From NCBI GenBank assembly GCA_045403215.1, contig JAXIOW010000102.1:1-24000 (forward strand): a stretch of DNA of 24,000 nucleotides, read 5' to 3'. This document shows, piece after piece, positions 7,256-17,779 of this stretch (position 1 is its first letter; each line of letters begins with the position of its first letter). Source of the stretch: Nitrospirales bacterium (GTDB lineage: Bacteria; Nitrospirota; Nitrospiria; Nitrospirales; NS-4). A program made the translations under genes and the position numbers. The notes under the pieces were generated by a model. The model was not told the DNA's origin, made no database searches, and saw only the letters and a list, made by a program, of their open reading frames with translations.

Positions 7256-7404
7256 TCAATCACTTATGTGGCTCACGAGGGAGAGGGCCCGCTAGGTCTT
7301 TTGGTTCCGACGATAGGCCCTTTGGTTGATTGAGTTAGGCTGTCGACTCCGTTACACTACGTCGGCTCTGAACCTGTAACCCTCACCCCTAGGAGAACTA
7401 CGTA

Positions 7405-8607
7405 ATGGCAAAAGTGCTCGAAGGCCCCGGGATGGGGCTGATGAAAAAGTGGGGCATCGCGGTTCCCCACTATGTCGTCGTCACGTCCGTGGAGGAACTC
7501 AACAAGTTCGGCGACGCCAACGACTGGCTCAAGAAGAGCAAGCTGGTCGTCAAGGCCCACGAGGCGCTGGGCTCGCGGTTCAAGCTCGGCCTGGTGAAGG
7601 TGGGCTTGGACCTGAAAGGCGCGCAGGTCGCCGCGAAAGAGATGCTGGGCCGGCAGGTCGGCAGCATCACGGTCTCACAGGTGATCGTCTCGGAGATGGT
7701 GCCGCACAAGGAGGAGTACTACGCGGCGGTCAAGTCCACTCGCGAAGGGGCCGAGGTCCTGCTCGCCAATTGCGGCGGCATCGAGGTCGAATCGAACTGG
7801 GATCGGGTCAAGAAGCTGGCTGTCGAGGTTGGGGACACGCCGTCGCCCGACGCGCTGGAAAAACTGGCGAAGGAGGCCGGTTTCTCCAAGGACTTGGCCA
7901 AGAAGGTCGCGGACTTCGCCGGGAAGCTGTTCGCCTGCTTTGACAATGAGGATGCCCAGTATCTCGAAGTGAACCCGGTTGCCGTCCGGAATAGCGACGG
8001 CGAGTTGGTCGCCCTGGACGCCGTGACCCTGCTGGATGCCGACGCCAGGTTCCGTCATCCCGATTGGAACTTCCCCTTCGCGGCGGAATTCGGCCGGGCC
8101 TACACGAAGCATGAGTTGGACGTGATGGCGGTAGACGCCAAGATCAAGGGATCGGTGAAGTTTATCGAAATTCCCGGCGGCGACACCGCGATGCTGCCGG
8201 CGGGGGGCGGGGCCAGCGTGTATTACTCGGATGCAGTGGTCGCCAGGGGGGGCAAGCTCGCCAACTACGCCGAGTATTCCGGCGATCCGCCCGATTGGGC
8301 CGTGGAGGTGCTGACCGAGAAGGTCTGCTCGCTGCCGGGGATCAAGGACATCATCGTGGGCGGCGCCATCGCCAACTTCACCGACGTCAAGAAAACCTTC
8401 GGCGGCATCATCGTCGGCTTTCGCAAGGCCAGGGCCGACGGTAAGCTCAACGGCGTGAAGATCTGGGTACGCCGCGGCGGGCCCCGCGAGAAAGAAGGCC
8501 TGGAAGCGATGAAGGCCTTGCGCGAGGAAGGGTTCGATATCCACGTCTACGACCGCCATACCCCGCTCACTGACATCGTCGACATGGCGTTGCAGCAGAA
8601 GAAGTAA
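7405..8607 (+). CDS. aclB: ATP-citrate lyase, beta (small, ATP-grasp/SucC-like) subunit
   Basis: 400 aa. Begins MAKVLEGPGMGLMKKWGIAVPHYVVV, an ATP-grasp N-terminus. AGGAGA RBS. Immediately upstream of aclA. Confidence 0.9.
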   Translation: MAKVLEGPGMGLMKKWGIAVPHYVVVTSVEELNKFGDANDWLKKSKLVVKAHEALGSRFKLGLVKVGLDLKGAQVAAKEMLGRQVGSITVSQVIVSEMVPHKEEYYAAVKSTREGAEVLLANCGGIEVESNWDRVKKLAVEVGDTPSPDALEKLAKEAGFSKDLAKKVADFAGKLFACFDNEDAQYLEVNPVAVRNSDGELVALDAVTLLDADARFRHPDWNFPFAAEFGRAYTKHELDVMAVDAKIKGSVKFIEIPGGDTAMLPAGGGASVYYSDAVVARGGKLANYAEYSGDPPDWAVEVLTEKVCSLPGIKDIIVGGAIANFTDVKKTFGGIIVGFRKARADGKLNGVKIWVRRGGPREKEGLEAMKALREEGFDIHVYDRHTPLTDIVDMALQQKK

Positions 8608-8640
8608 ATCTACGCAGGACAGGCTAGAGGGGGGATCCCG

Positions 8641-10467
8641 ATGAGCATTCTGGCAACCAAGGACACCCGGGTCGTTATCCAGGGGGGCGCCGCCGGGCTG
8701 AACGCGGCGCGCCGGATGGCGGAGTTCTGTTACATGATCAAGCGCCCCCTGAACGTGGAGGCCTTCGTCTATCCGCCGGATACCGGCAAGACGAACGAGG
8801 TCCCGTACGGCAACGGCCTGCTGACGATCCCCGTGCACAAGAGCGTGGCGGACGCCACGGCTCATCATCCGCAGATCAACACCAGCCTCGTCTACATCGG
8901 CGCCGACCGGGCCTGCGCGGCCGGCATGGAGGCGCTGAACGATTCCAAGATCCAGACCGTCTCCATGATCACCGAGGGCGTGCCCGAAAAGGACGCCAAA
9001 CTGCTGGCTCGCCATGCGACGAAGCTCGGCAAGACCTTCAACGGTCCCTCATCCATCGGTGTCATTTCGGCGGGCGAGTGCAGACTCGGCGTGATCGGCG
9101 GCGCGTTCGACAACTTGGTGGCGTGCAAACTGTATCGGGAAGGCTCGTTCGGCGTGATCACGAAATCCGGCGGGCTCTCCAACGAGATCATCTGGATCTG
9201 TTCGCAGTTCGCAGACGGCATCACGACGGCGATCGGGATCGGCGGCGACGCCTATCCCGGCACCGATTATGTGACCTACCTGGAGATGTTCGAAAAGGAT
9301 CCGCAGACCAAGGCGGTCGTGATCGTCGGCGAGATGGGCGGCGATCTGGAGGAGCGCGCCGCCGAGTGGTACGGCGCGAAGAAGCGGCGAATCAAGCTAT
9401 TGGCGGTGGTGTCGGGCTTCTGTCAGGAGAGCCTGCCGAAGGGGATGAAGTTCGGGCACGCCGGCGCTAAGGAAGGCCTGAAGGGCGAAGGGTCGGCCCG
9501 TTCCAAGGCTGAAGCGTTCAAGAAAGCCGGGGCGATCGTCCCGGACACCTTTGGTGCGCTGGGCCCCGCCATTAAGGCGACTTACGAGGAACTGGTCAGA
9601 AGCGGGCAAGTCCGTCCGATTCCGGAGTTGAGCCCTGCCGACCTGCCGAAGCTCCCCAAGACCGTCGAAGAGGGGATGAAGACCGGCGAGGTCACGGTCG
9701 CGCCGCTCATCAAGACGACGATCAGCGACGACCGGGGCGACGAGCCGTGCTACGACGGCTACCCCGCCTCTGAGCTGATCAACAAGGGGTACGAAATCCC
9801 GCACGTGATCGGACTGCTGTGGGACAAGCGGCTGATCTCCAAGCAGGAGGCCGAGATCATTAAGCGCATCATCATGCTGTCCGCGGACCACGGGCCGTGC
9901 GTGAGCGGTGCGCTGGGCACGATCATCGCGGCCTGCGCCGGCATTGGGATGTCCCAGGCGGTGGCCGCCGGCCTGATCATGATCGGCCCGCGCTTCGGCG
10001 GCGCGGTCACCGACGCGGGCCGCTGGTTCAAGTACGCCGTGGACAACAAGCTGTCGGTGGACGAGTTCCTCGCCTACATGAAGAAGAACGTAGGGCCGGT
10101 GCCCGGCATCGGGCACCGCGTCAAGAGCGTCCGCAATCCGGACAAGCGGGTAAAGGAACTCGTGGGGTATGTGAAGAGCCTGGGGATCAAGACGCCGTAC
10201 CTGGACTTCGCCTTGGACGTGGAGAGGGTCACGTCCTCGAAAAAGGAGAACCTTATCCTGAACGTGGATGGGACGATGGCGGCCGTGTTGGTTGACCTCG
10301 GGTTTCCGATCGACAGCCTGAACGGCTTTTTCATCCTGTCGCGCACGATCGGGCTGATCGGCCACTGGGTGGATCAGAAGCGCCAGGACAGCCGCCTTAT
10401 CCGGCTCTTCGACTATCTCGTCAACTATGCGGCGCCCAAGCGGCGGGAAGTGCCGCCGCTGAAGTAA
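8641..10467 (+). CDS. aclA: ATP-citrate lyase, alpha (large) subunit
   Basis: 608 aa. The N-terminal half is SucD-like, with the phosphohistidine loop KFGHAGAKEG. The C-terminal half is citrate-synthase/citryl-CoA-lyase-like (ADHGPCVSGA...GIGHRVKS). Confidence 0.92.
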   Translation: MSILATKDTRVVIQGGAAGLNAARRMAEFCYMIKRPLNVEAFVYPPDTGKTNEVPYGNGLLTIPVHKSVADATAHHPQINTSLVYIGADRACAAGMEALNDSKIQTVSMITEGVPEKDAKLLARHATKLGKTFNGPSSIGVISAGECRLGVIGGAFDNLVACKLYREGSFGVITKSGGLSNEIIWICSQFADGITTAIGIGGDAYPGTDYVTYLEMFEKDPQTKAVVIVGEMGGDLEERAAEWYGAKKRRIKLLAVVSGFCQESLPKGMKFGHAGAKEGLKGEGSARSKAEAFKKAGAIVPDTFGALGPAIKATYEELVRSGQVRPIPELSPADLPKLPKTVEEGMKTGEVTVAPLIKTTISDDRGDEPCYDGYPASELINKGYEIPHVIGLLWDKRLISKQEAEIIKRIIMLSADHGPCVSGALGTIIAACAGIGMSQAVAAGLIMIGPRFGGAVTDAGRWFKYAVDNKLSVDEFLAYMKKNVGPVPGIGHRVKSVRNPDKRVKELVGYVKSLGIKTPYLDFALDVERVTSSKKENLILNVDGTMAAVLVDLGFPIDSLNGFFILSRTIGLIGHWVDQKRQDSRLIRLFDYLVNYAAPKRREVPPLK

Positions 10468-10470
10468 GAT

Positions 10471-10572
10471 GTTATACGTTATACGTGAATCGTTATTCGG
10501 GAGGAACAATAGAAAGAGTTGTTATTCGGTTAAGCGAGACACGATTAACGAATAACGTTTAACGATTAACGG
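10471..10572. repeat. Inverted arrays of GTTAWWC heptamers in the aclA-acn spacer
   Basis: Left array: GTTATAC GTTATAC GTGAATC GTTATTC (10471-10498). Centre: GTTATTC (10521-10527) and GTTAAGC (10529-10535). Right array, inverted: GATTAAC GAATAAC GTTTAAC GATTAAC (10543-10570). The right array runs directly into the acn SD GGAG (10571-10574). Hand-counted GC is 36% over 10471-10570. Confidence 0.85.
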
Positions 10573-10580
10573 AGTGAGTT

Positions 10581-12827
10581 ATGTCTGTCGAACTCGTCAA
10601 AAAGCTCTATGCAAAGATGCCCGACGCCGTGGCCAAGGGCCGGAAGAAGTTCGGGCGCGGCCTTACCCTGACCGAAAAGATCCTGGTCTCCCACGTGGAC
10701 AATTGGGAGACGCAGGTCTGGGATCGGGGCAAGGCGATGCTGGCGCTGCGCCCGGACCGCGTGGCCATGCAGGATGCGACCGCCCAGATGGCCATGCTGC
10801 AGTTCATGCAGGCCGGCAAGAAGAAAGTGGCGGTGCCGAGCACGATCCACTGCGACCACCTGATCCGGGCCGAGAGCGGCTCCCAGAAGGACCTGCTGCG
10901 CGCCATCGACGAAAACCGGGAGGTCTACAACTTTCTGGCGTCGGCCGCGAAGAAGTACGGGATCGGCTTCTGGAAGCCAGGCGCCGGCATCATCCATCAG
11001 GTCGTGCTGGAGAACTACGCGTTCCCGGGCGGGCTGATCATCGGCACCGATTCCCATACCCCCAACGGCGGGGGGCTCGGCATGCTGGCGATCGGGGTCG
11101 GTGGCGCGGACGCCGGCGAAGTCATGGCGGGTTTGCCGTGGGAGGTGCTCCATCCCAAGCTGATCGGCGTCCGGCTCACCGGCAAGCTGCGGGGCTGGAC
11201 CTCGTCCAAGGACGTGATCCTCTACGTCTGCGGGCTGCTGACGGTGAAAGGCGGGACCAACAGAATCTTAGAATATTTCGGTCCCGGCGCCGCGGCCATC
11301 AGTTGCACCGGCAAGGGGACGATCACAAACATGGGCGCCGAGCTGGGGGCCACCACGTCCGTCTTCCCGTTCGATGCAAAGATGGCGGCGTACCTCCGGA
11401 TGACCGATCGGGAAGCGGTTGCGAAACTGGCGGAAGCGAGCCGTGAGATGCTGGTGGCTGACCCCGAGGTCGAGAAAACGCCGGAGAAGTACTTCGACCA
11501 GGTCGTCGAGATTGACCTGTCAAAGCTGGAGCCCCACGTGGTCGGGCCGCACACGCCGGACCTCGCGCGCCCGATCTCGAAGATGGCGTCGGAGGCCAAG
11601 GAGAAGGGCTATCCCGTGCAGCTCAAGGCGGCGCTGATCGGGAGCTGCACGAACTCCTCCTACGAGGACATCAGCCGCGCGGCGCACGTCGCCCGGCAGG
11701 GCTTGAAGGCCGGGCTCAAGGCCAAGACCGCGTTCCTGGTCACGCCTGGCTCGGAGCGGATCTACCTCACGATGAAGCGGGATGGGTTCCTGCAGACCTT
11801 CGAGGAGATGGGCGGGACCGTGCTCGCCAACGCCTGCGGACCGTGCATCGGCCAGTGGAAGCGCGCGGACGCGGTCAAAGGGCGCGTGGATTCGATCATC
11901 AGCTCCTACAACCGGAACTTCCCTGGCCGCAACGACGGGCTCAACGAGACCATGTCGTTTCTCACGAGTCCCGAGATTGTGACGGCGGTCGCGTTCGCGG
12001 GCGACCTCACTTTCGACCCAGTGCATGGCACGTTGAAGACGGCGGACGGCAAGGAGCTGAAGTTCGAGCCGCCGCAGGGCGAGGAGTTGCCGGCCAAGGG
12101 GTTCGCCAAGGGGGAGGAGGGATTCGTGCCGCCGGCCGAGGACGGCGACGCCATCCAAGTCGAAATCCCGCCCGGCAGCGAGCGGCTCCAACTCCTACAA
12201 CCCTTCCCGCGCTGGGACGGGAAGGACTTTTCCAAGCTCCCGCTCCTGATCAAGACGAAGGGTAAGACCACGACGGACCACATTTCGCCGGCCGGCCCGT
12301 GGCTCAAGTACCGTGGCCATCTGGACAAGATCAGCGACAATATGTTCCTGGGCGCCGCCAACGCTTTCTACCAGGAGATCGGCAAGGGGACCGATGTGCT
12401 GACCGGGGAGTTTGGCATGACCATCGCACAGATCGCGCGGCGGTACAAAGCGCAGGGGAGCGGCTCGGCGGTGGTCGGCGACGAGAACTACGGCGAGGGG
12501 AGCAGCCGGGAGCATGCGGCCATGTCACCGCGGTTCCTGGGGGTAAAGGTCATCATCACCAAGAGCTTTGCCCGCATCCACGAGACCAACCTCAAGAAGC
12601 AGGGTATCCTGGCCCTGACCTTCGCCGATCCCAAAGACTACGACCAGGTCGAGCAGACCGACCGGATCAGCGTGCTGGATTTACAAAACCTGAAGCCAGG
12701 GAAGCCGGTGCGGGTGGTCAACCACAAGGCCGATGGGCGGGAAGTGACGATTCAGACGAATCACAGCTACACGGAGCAGCAGATCGCCTGGTTCAGGGCG
12801 GGCTCCGCGTTGAACTCGCTGAAGTAA
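10581..12827 (+). CDS. acn: Aconitate hydratase (short, mitochondrial-type, 748 aa)
   Basis: Aconitase signatures are present: [25 protein letters not shown] and [11 protein letters not shown] (the three Fe-S Cys ligands). GGAG RBS 6 nt upstream. Confidence 0.92.
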   Translation: MSVELVKKLYAKMPDAVAKGRKKFGRGLTLTEKILVSHVDNWETQVWDRGKAMLALRPDRVAMQDATAQMAMLQFMQAGKKKVAVPSTIHCDHLIRAESGSQKDLLRAIDENREVYNFLASAAKKYGIGFWKPGAGIIHQVVLENYAFPGGLIIGTDSHTPNGGGLGMLAIGVGGADAGEVMAGLPWEVLHPKLIGVRLTGKLRGWTSSKDVILYVCGLLTVKGGTNRILEYFGPGAAAISCTGKGTITNMGAELGATTSVFPFDAKMAAYLRMTDREAVAKLAEASREMLVADPEVEKTPEKYFDQVVEIDLSKLEPHVVGPHTPDLARPISKMASEAKEKGYPVQLKAALIGSCTNSSYEDISRAAHVARQGLKAGLKAKTAFLVTPGSERIYLTMKRDGFLQTFEEMGGTVLANACGPCIGQWKRADAVKGRVDSIISSYNRNFPGRNDGLNETMSFLTSPEIVTAVAFAGDLTFDPVHGTLKTADGKELKFEPPQGEELPAKGFAKGEEGFVPPAEDGDAIQVEIPPGSERLQLLQPFPRWDGKDFSKLPLLIKTKGKTTTDHISPAGPWLKYRGHLDKISDNMFLGAANAFYQEIGKGTDVLTGEFGMTIAQIARRYKAQGSGSAVVGDENYGEGSSREHAAMSPRFLGVKVIITKSFARIHETNLKKQGILALTFADPKDYDQVEQTDRISVLDLQNLKPGKPVRVVNHKADGREVTIQTNHSYTEQQIAWFRAGSALNSLK

Positions 12828-12870
12828 CAAGTTTAAGAAACAGATAAAACAGAGAATGGAGAGGGAGAGC

Positions 12871-14139
<1,269 letters not shown>

Positions 14140-14153
14140 TACAATAACGCGGC

Positions 14154-14172
14154 GGGACGGGCGAACCGTCCC
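14154..14172 (+). promoter_or_regulatory. Stem-loop just after the icd stop, with no T-run (possible mRNA-stabilising or processing hairpin)
   Basis: GGGACGG (14154-14160), loop GCGAA, then CCGTCCC (14166-14172). A heptamer-like CAATAAC lies at 14142-14148. Confidence 0.3.
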
Positions 14173-14195
14173 ACCCTGCCGTGGAAACGCGAGCA

Positions 14196-14915
14196 ATGGA
14201 ACTAAAAGGCTTCGACAAGAACATCGCCATCGACCAGGAGGAAGTCCTGCGCCCGAAGATGGTGACCGTGGAGATCGCCGGCAAGAAGTATGAGGTGCCG
14301 GAGGGGATCACGGTCATCAAGGCCTTGTGGTACAGCGGCCAGGAAGTGATCCGGGGCGCCGGGTGCCTCGGCGGCTTTTGCGGGGCCTGCGCGACGTACT
14401 ACCGGACCAAGGACGATCCCAAGGTCAGGACCTGCCTGGCGTGCTCCACGGCCGTCGAGGACGGCATGTCGTTCACGATGGTCCCGCCGTTCCCTGCCCG
14501 GAAGGCCATCTATCAGATGTCGGAGCTGAAGGACCCGAAGCAGGACCTCTTCAACCTCTACCCAGAGGCGCCGCTCTGTCGGAACTGCAACGCCTGCACC
14601 GAGGCCTGCCCGCAGGGGATCGACGTGCGGGACGGGGTGTGGAAGGCCGTCTTCGGGGATTTCAAAGCGGTCTCGGAGATGTTCATGGACTGTGTCATGT
14701 GCGGCCTCTGCGTGCCGGTCTGCATCGCGGACATCGCGCCGAACCTGGTCGCGCTCTACGCAAGCCGCGCGCAGGGGGCCTTCTTCACGGAGAAGCCGGT
14801 GCGCCTGCACGAGCGGATCGACGAGATCGCGCAGGGCCAATACCAGTCCGAGTGGGACAAGATCCTCAACATGGACGAGCAGCAGCTCAAGGACGTCTGC
14901 GCGGCCATCAAGTAA
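14196..14915 (+). CDS. Fumarate reductase/succinate dehydrogenase-like iron-sulfur subunit ([2Fe-2S] plus two all-Cys [4Fe-4S] motifs)
   Basis: [2Fe-2S] motif CLGGFCGAC...CLAC. CRNCNACTEACP and CVMCGLCVPVC are each CxxCxxCxxxC. The start is uncertain: ATG at 14196 or GTG at 14181, neither with a strong SD. Confidence 0.75.
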   Translation: MELKGFDKNIAIDQEEVLRPKMVTVEIAGKKYEVPEGITVIKALWYSGQEVIRGAGCLGGFCGACATYYRTKDDPKVRTCLACSTAVEDGMSFTMVPPFPARKAIYQMSELKDPKQDLFNLYPEAPLCRNCNACTEACPQGIDVRDGVWKAVFGDFKAVSEMFMDCVMCGLCVPVCIADIAPNLVALYASRAQGAFFTEKPVRLHERIDEIAQGQYQSEWDKILNMDEQQLKDVCAAIK

Positions 14916-14980
14916 GCGCCTGCGGCGTCCGTAGCTGCGAGGTCTTGGCCGAGCAGCGTTAACATGGTGAGTCTTACGTA

Positions 14981-16564
14981 ATGCAGCTCCAAGCCCTCCA
15001 GGAACTCGTCCACAAGACCCGCGACGCGCGCCGCAAGCAGACGCTGCCGAAGTTCCCAGCGAACGAGCGCGACACGCTGATCAAGAAGTACCATCCCGAT
15101 CACCGCGAGAACGCCTACCGCCCGATCAAGTTCGGCCCCAACGCCGGTGAGCTGACCGTGCGCGAGCTGGCCGCCTTGCTCGAAGGCGACAGCCCAGTGT
15201 CAGCCGATGCGGACCTGACGCCGGCCTTTTCCACGGACGTGCTGGTCGTCGGCGGCGGGGGAGCAGGCAGCGCGGCGGCCCTGCACGCGCACGCGCACGG
15301 GGCAACGGTGCTCCTGGCCACGAAGCTGCGCCTGGGCGACTCCAATACCGTCATGGCCCAGGGCGGGATCCAGATCGCGATCACCAAGGAGGACTCGCCG
15401 GTCCAGCACTTCCTGGACACCCTCAAGGGCGGCCACATGAAGAACGACCACCAGCTCCTCAAGACGATGGTGGAGGAAGGGCCGACCATCGCCAAGTGGC
15501 TGCTGGACCTTGGGGTGCTGTTCGATCGCGACCCCGACGGGAACCTCCACGTGAAGAAAGGCGGCGGGAGCTCTAAGCCGCGGCTGCTGACCTGCTCCGA
15601 CTACACGGGGCTCGAGATCATGCGGGTGCTGAAGGACGAAGTGCTGAACCAGAAGATCCAGCTCTTGGAGTTCAGCGCCGCCGTCGAGCTGCTGAGCGAC
15701 GGCAATGGGGCTTGCACCGGCGCGATCCTGCAGGACCTGGACAACAAGCGCTTCATCGTGGTGGCTGCCAAGGCGGTCATCCTCGCGACGGGCGGCATCG
15801 GCCGGTTGCACATCCAGGGCTTCCCGACCAGCAACCACTACGGCGCGACCGGGGACGCGCTGCCGATGGCCTACCGTATCGGGGCCAAGCTGCTGCAGAT
15901 CGATACGTTCCAGTACCACCCGACGGGCGCCGTGCACCCGGAGCAACTGGTCGGCGCGCTCGTCACCGAAGGCATCCGGTCCGAGGGCGGCCATCTGGTC
16001 AACGCCAAGGGCGAGCGATTCGTGAACGAATTGGACACCCGCGATGTCGTCTCCTCCTCGATCATCCGGGAGTGTGAGGAAGGTCGTGGCGTGCGCACCG
16101 TCACCGGACGGCTCGGTGTCTGGCTGGACACGCCCCTGCTCGATGTGGAATCGGGCCTGGGCACGCTGGAGAAGCATTTCCCCGCGATGGTCCGCCAGTA
16201 CAAGCGGTACGGACTGGACATCACGAAAGATCCGGTGCTCATCTACCCCACGCTCCATTACCAGAACGGCGGGGTGCAGATCGATGTGAACGGCGAGTCC
16301 GGGGTGCGCAATCTCTTCGTGGCGGGCGAGGCCTCTGGCGGGTTGCACGGCCGCAACCGGCTGATGGGCAACTCGCTCCTGGACCTCATGGTGTTCGGCA
16401 GACGGGCGGGCAGCACCGCCGCCGAGCGCGCTAAGGCCATGAAGCACGGCAAGCTGACGCTGGAGCATCTCGCGCGGTTCCGGGCGGAGGCGCGGAAGCA
16501 CTCGGGCGCCCTCGAAGTCCATTCGCCGATGCTGTTCCCGGACTACGTGAGGAAGGAGGGCTGA
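14981..16564 (+). CDS. Fumarate reductase/succinate dehydrogenase/L-aspartate oxidase-superfamily flavoprotein (527 aa), probably the rTCA fumarate reductase catalytic subunit
   Basis: FAD dinucleotide fold VLVVGGGGAGSAAA. Also DSNTVMAQGG, FQYHPTG, TEGIRSEGG and GLHGRNRLMGNSLL. Asn122 (codon 15344-15346) sits where SdhA/FrdA carry the FAD-linking His. There is an 85-aa N-terminal extension, and only 70 aa remain after the GLHG motif. Confidence 0.75.
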   Translation: MQLQALQELVHKTRDARRKQTLPKFPANERDTLIKKYHPDHRENAYRPIKFGPNAGELTVRELAALLEGDSPVSADADLTPAFSTDVLVVGGGGAGSAAALHAHAHGATVLLATKLRLGDSNTVMAQGGIQIAITKEDSPVQHFLDTLKGGHMKNDHQLLKTMVEEGPTIAKWLLDLGVLFDRDPDGNLHVKKGGGSSKPRLLTCSDYTGLEIMRVLKDEVLNQKIQLLEFSAAVELLSDGNGACTGAILQDLDNKRFIVVAAKAVILATGGIGRLHIQGFPTSNHYGATGDALPMAYRIGAKLLQIDTFQYHPTGAVHPEQLVGALVTEGIRSEGGHLVNAKGERFVNELDTRDVVSSSIIRECEEGRGVRTVTGRLGVWLDTPLLDVESGLGTLEKHFPAMVRQYKRYGLDITKDPVLIYPTLHYQNGGVQIDVNGESGVRNLFVAGEASGGLHGRNRLMGNSLLDLMVFGRRAGSTAAERAKAMKHGKLTLEHLARFRAEARKHSGALEVHSPMLFPDYVRKEG

Positions 16565-16579
16565 GGCGAAGGGACTTGC

Positions 16580-17779
16580 ATGAACATCCATGAATTTCAG
16601 GCCAAGCAGTTGTTTGCGCAATTCAGCATCCCGGTGCCGATCGGCAAGGAGATCCGCACGCCACTGGCGGCCGAGAAGTGGGCGGCGAAGCTGAACGCGT
16701 CCGTCTATGTCGTCAAGGCCCAGATCCACGCCGGGGGGCGCGGGAAGGCGGGCGGGGTCAAGCTGACTAGGAACCGTGCCGAGGTGAAGGCGCTGGCGAA
16801 GGAGTTGCTGGGCAAGACCTTGGTGACGCACCAGACGGGGCCGAAGGGACGCAAGGTGCGCCGCCTGCTAGTCGAGGAAGGTGCCGGCATCTCCAAGGAG
16901 CTGTACCTGAGCCTCCTGGTGGACCGCGATTCCGGCTGGCCGGTCTTCATCGCCAGCACCGAGGGCGGCATGGAGATTGAGGAGGTCGCAGCTAAGTCCC
17001 CGGAGAAAGTGCTGAAGGAGCCGATCGACCCGGCCGTCGGGTACCAGGGCTACAACGGGCGGAACCTGGGGTTTGGCCTGGGGCTGCCGGCGCTCGAGCC
17101 GACCCTCCTCGGCTCGTTCATCACGATGCTTGGCAATCTGTACCGCCTCTTTATGGAGAAGAACGCGTCGCTGGTCGAGATCAACCCGCTGGTCATCACG
17201 CAGGACAAGAAGATCATGGCGCTGGACGGCAAGGTGTCGATCGATGACAACGCGCTGTTCAAACACCCGGACATCCAGGCGATGCGTGACCTGCACGAGG
17301 AAGAACCGCTGGAGATCGAGGCGACCAACAACAACCTGAACTACGTCAAGCTGGACGGCAATATCGGCTGCATGGTGAACGGTGCCGGGCTCGCCATGGC
17401 GACGATGGACGTGATCAAGCTGGCGGGCAGCGAGCCGGCGAACTTCCTGGATGTGGGCGGCGGCGCGACGAAGGAGACAGTGGCGGCCGGCTTCCGCATC
17501 CTGTTGAAGGACCGGAACGTGAAGGGGATCTTCATCAACATCTTCGGCGGGATCGTCCGCTGCGAACGCATCGCGCACGGGGTGATCGAGGCGGCCAAGG
17601 AAGTGGATATCAAGATTCCGGTGGTGGTGCGGCTGCAGGGGACCAATGCCGACGAGGGGCGGAAGCTCCTGCAGGAGTCGGGGCTCACGATTGAGGTCGC
17701 GACGGACTTGTGGGAAGCGGCGCAGAAGATCGTAGCGCTGACGGGGAAGAAGCGGAAAAAGGTTGAGGCGGCATCATGA
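16580..17779 (+). CDS. sucC: Succinyl-CoA synthetase, beta subunit
   Basis: Begins [15 protein letters not shown]-grasp fold. Contains [17 protein letters not shown]. 399 aa. Confidence 0.93.
   Translation: MNIHEFQAKQLFAQFSIPVPIGKEIRTPLAAEKWAAKLNASVYVVKAQIHAGGRGKAGGVKLTRNRAEVKALAKELLGKTLVTHQTGPKGRKVRRLLVEEGAGISKELYLSLLVDRDSGWPVFIASTEGGMEIEEVAAKSPEKVLKEPIDPAVGYQGYNGRNLGFGLGLPALEPTLLGSFITMLGNLYRLFMEKNASLVEINPLVITQDKKIMALDGKVSIDDNALFKHPDIQAMRDLHEEEPLEIEATNNNLNYVKLDGNIGCMVNGAGLAMATMDVIKLAGSEPANFLDVGGGATKETVAAGFRILLKDRNVKGIFINIFGGIVRCERIAHGVIEAAKEVDIKIPVVVRLQGTNADEGRKLLQESGLTIEVATDLWEAAQKIVALTGKKRKKVEAAS

Noticed and set aside
7675-9015. 446-aa minus-strand ORF antisense to aclB/aclA
   Set aside because: It is antisense to unmistakable ATP-citrate lyase genes, crosses their junction and has degenerate composition.
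14964-14983. 5-codon mini-ORF (ATG GTG AGT CTT ACG TAA) whose stop overlaps the flavoprotein ATG, and the 9-mer TACGTAATG shared with the aclB start (7397-7407)
   Set aside because: The mini-ORF has no RBS, and its GGTGAG is more simply the SD for the flavoprotein gene. By a rough estimate, a shared 6-nt context among ~30 gene starts is within chance expectation (about 0.1 per window).
15200-16831. 543-aa minus-strand ORF antisense to the flavoprotein gene and sucC
   Set aside because: It is the longest ORF in the antisense frame but spans a gene boundary, is Arg/Leu/Gly/His-rich and has no recognisable motif. The sense strand carries clear FAD and SucC signatures.
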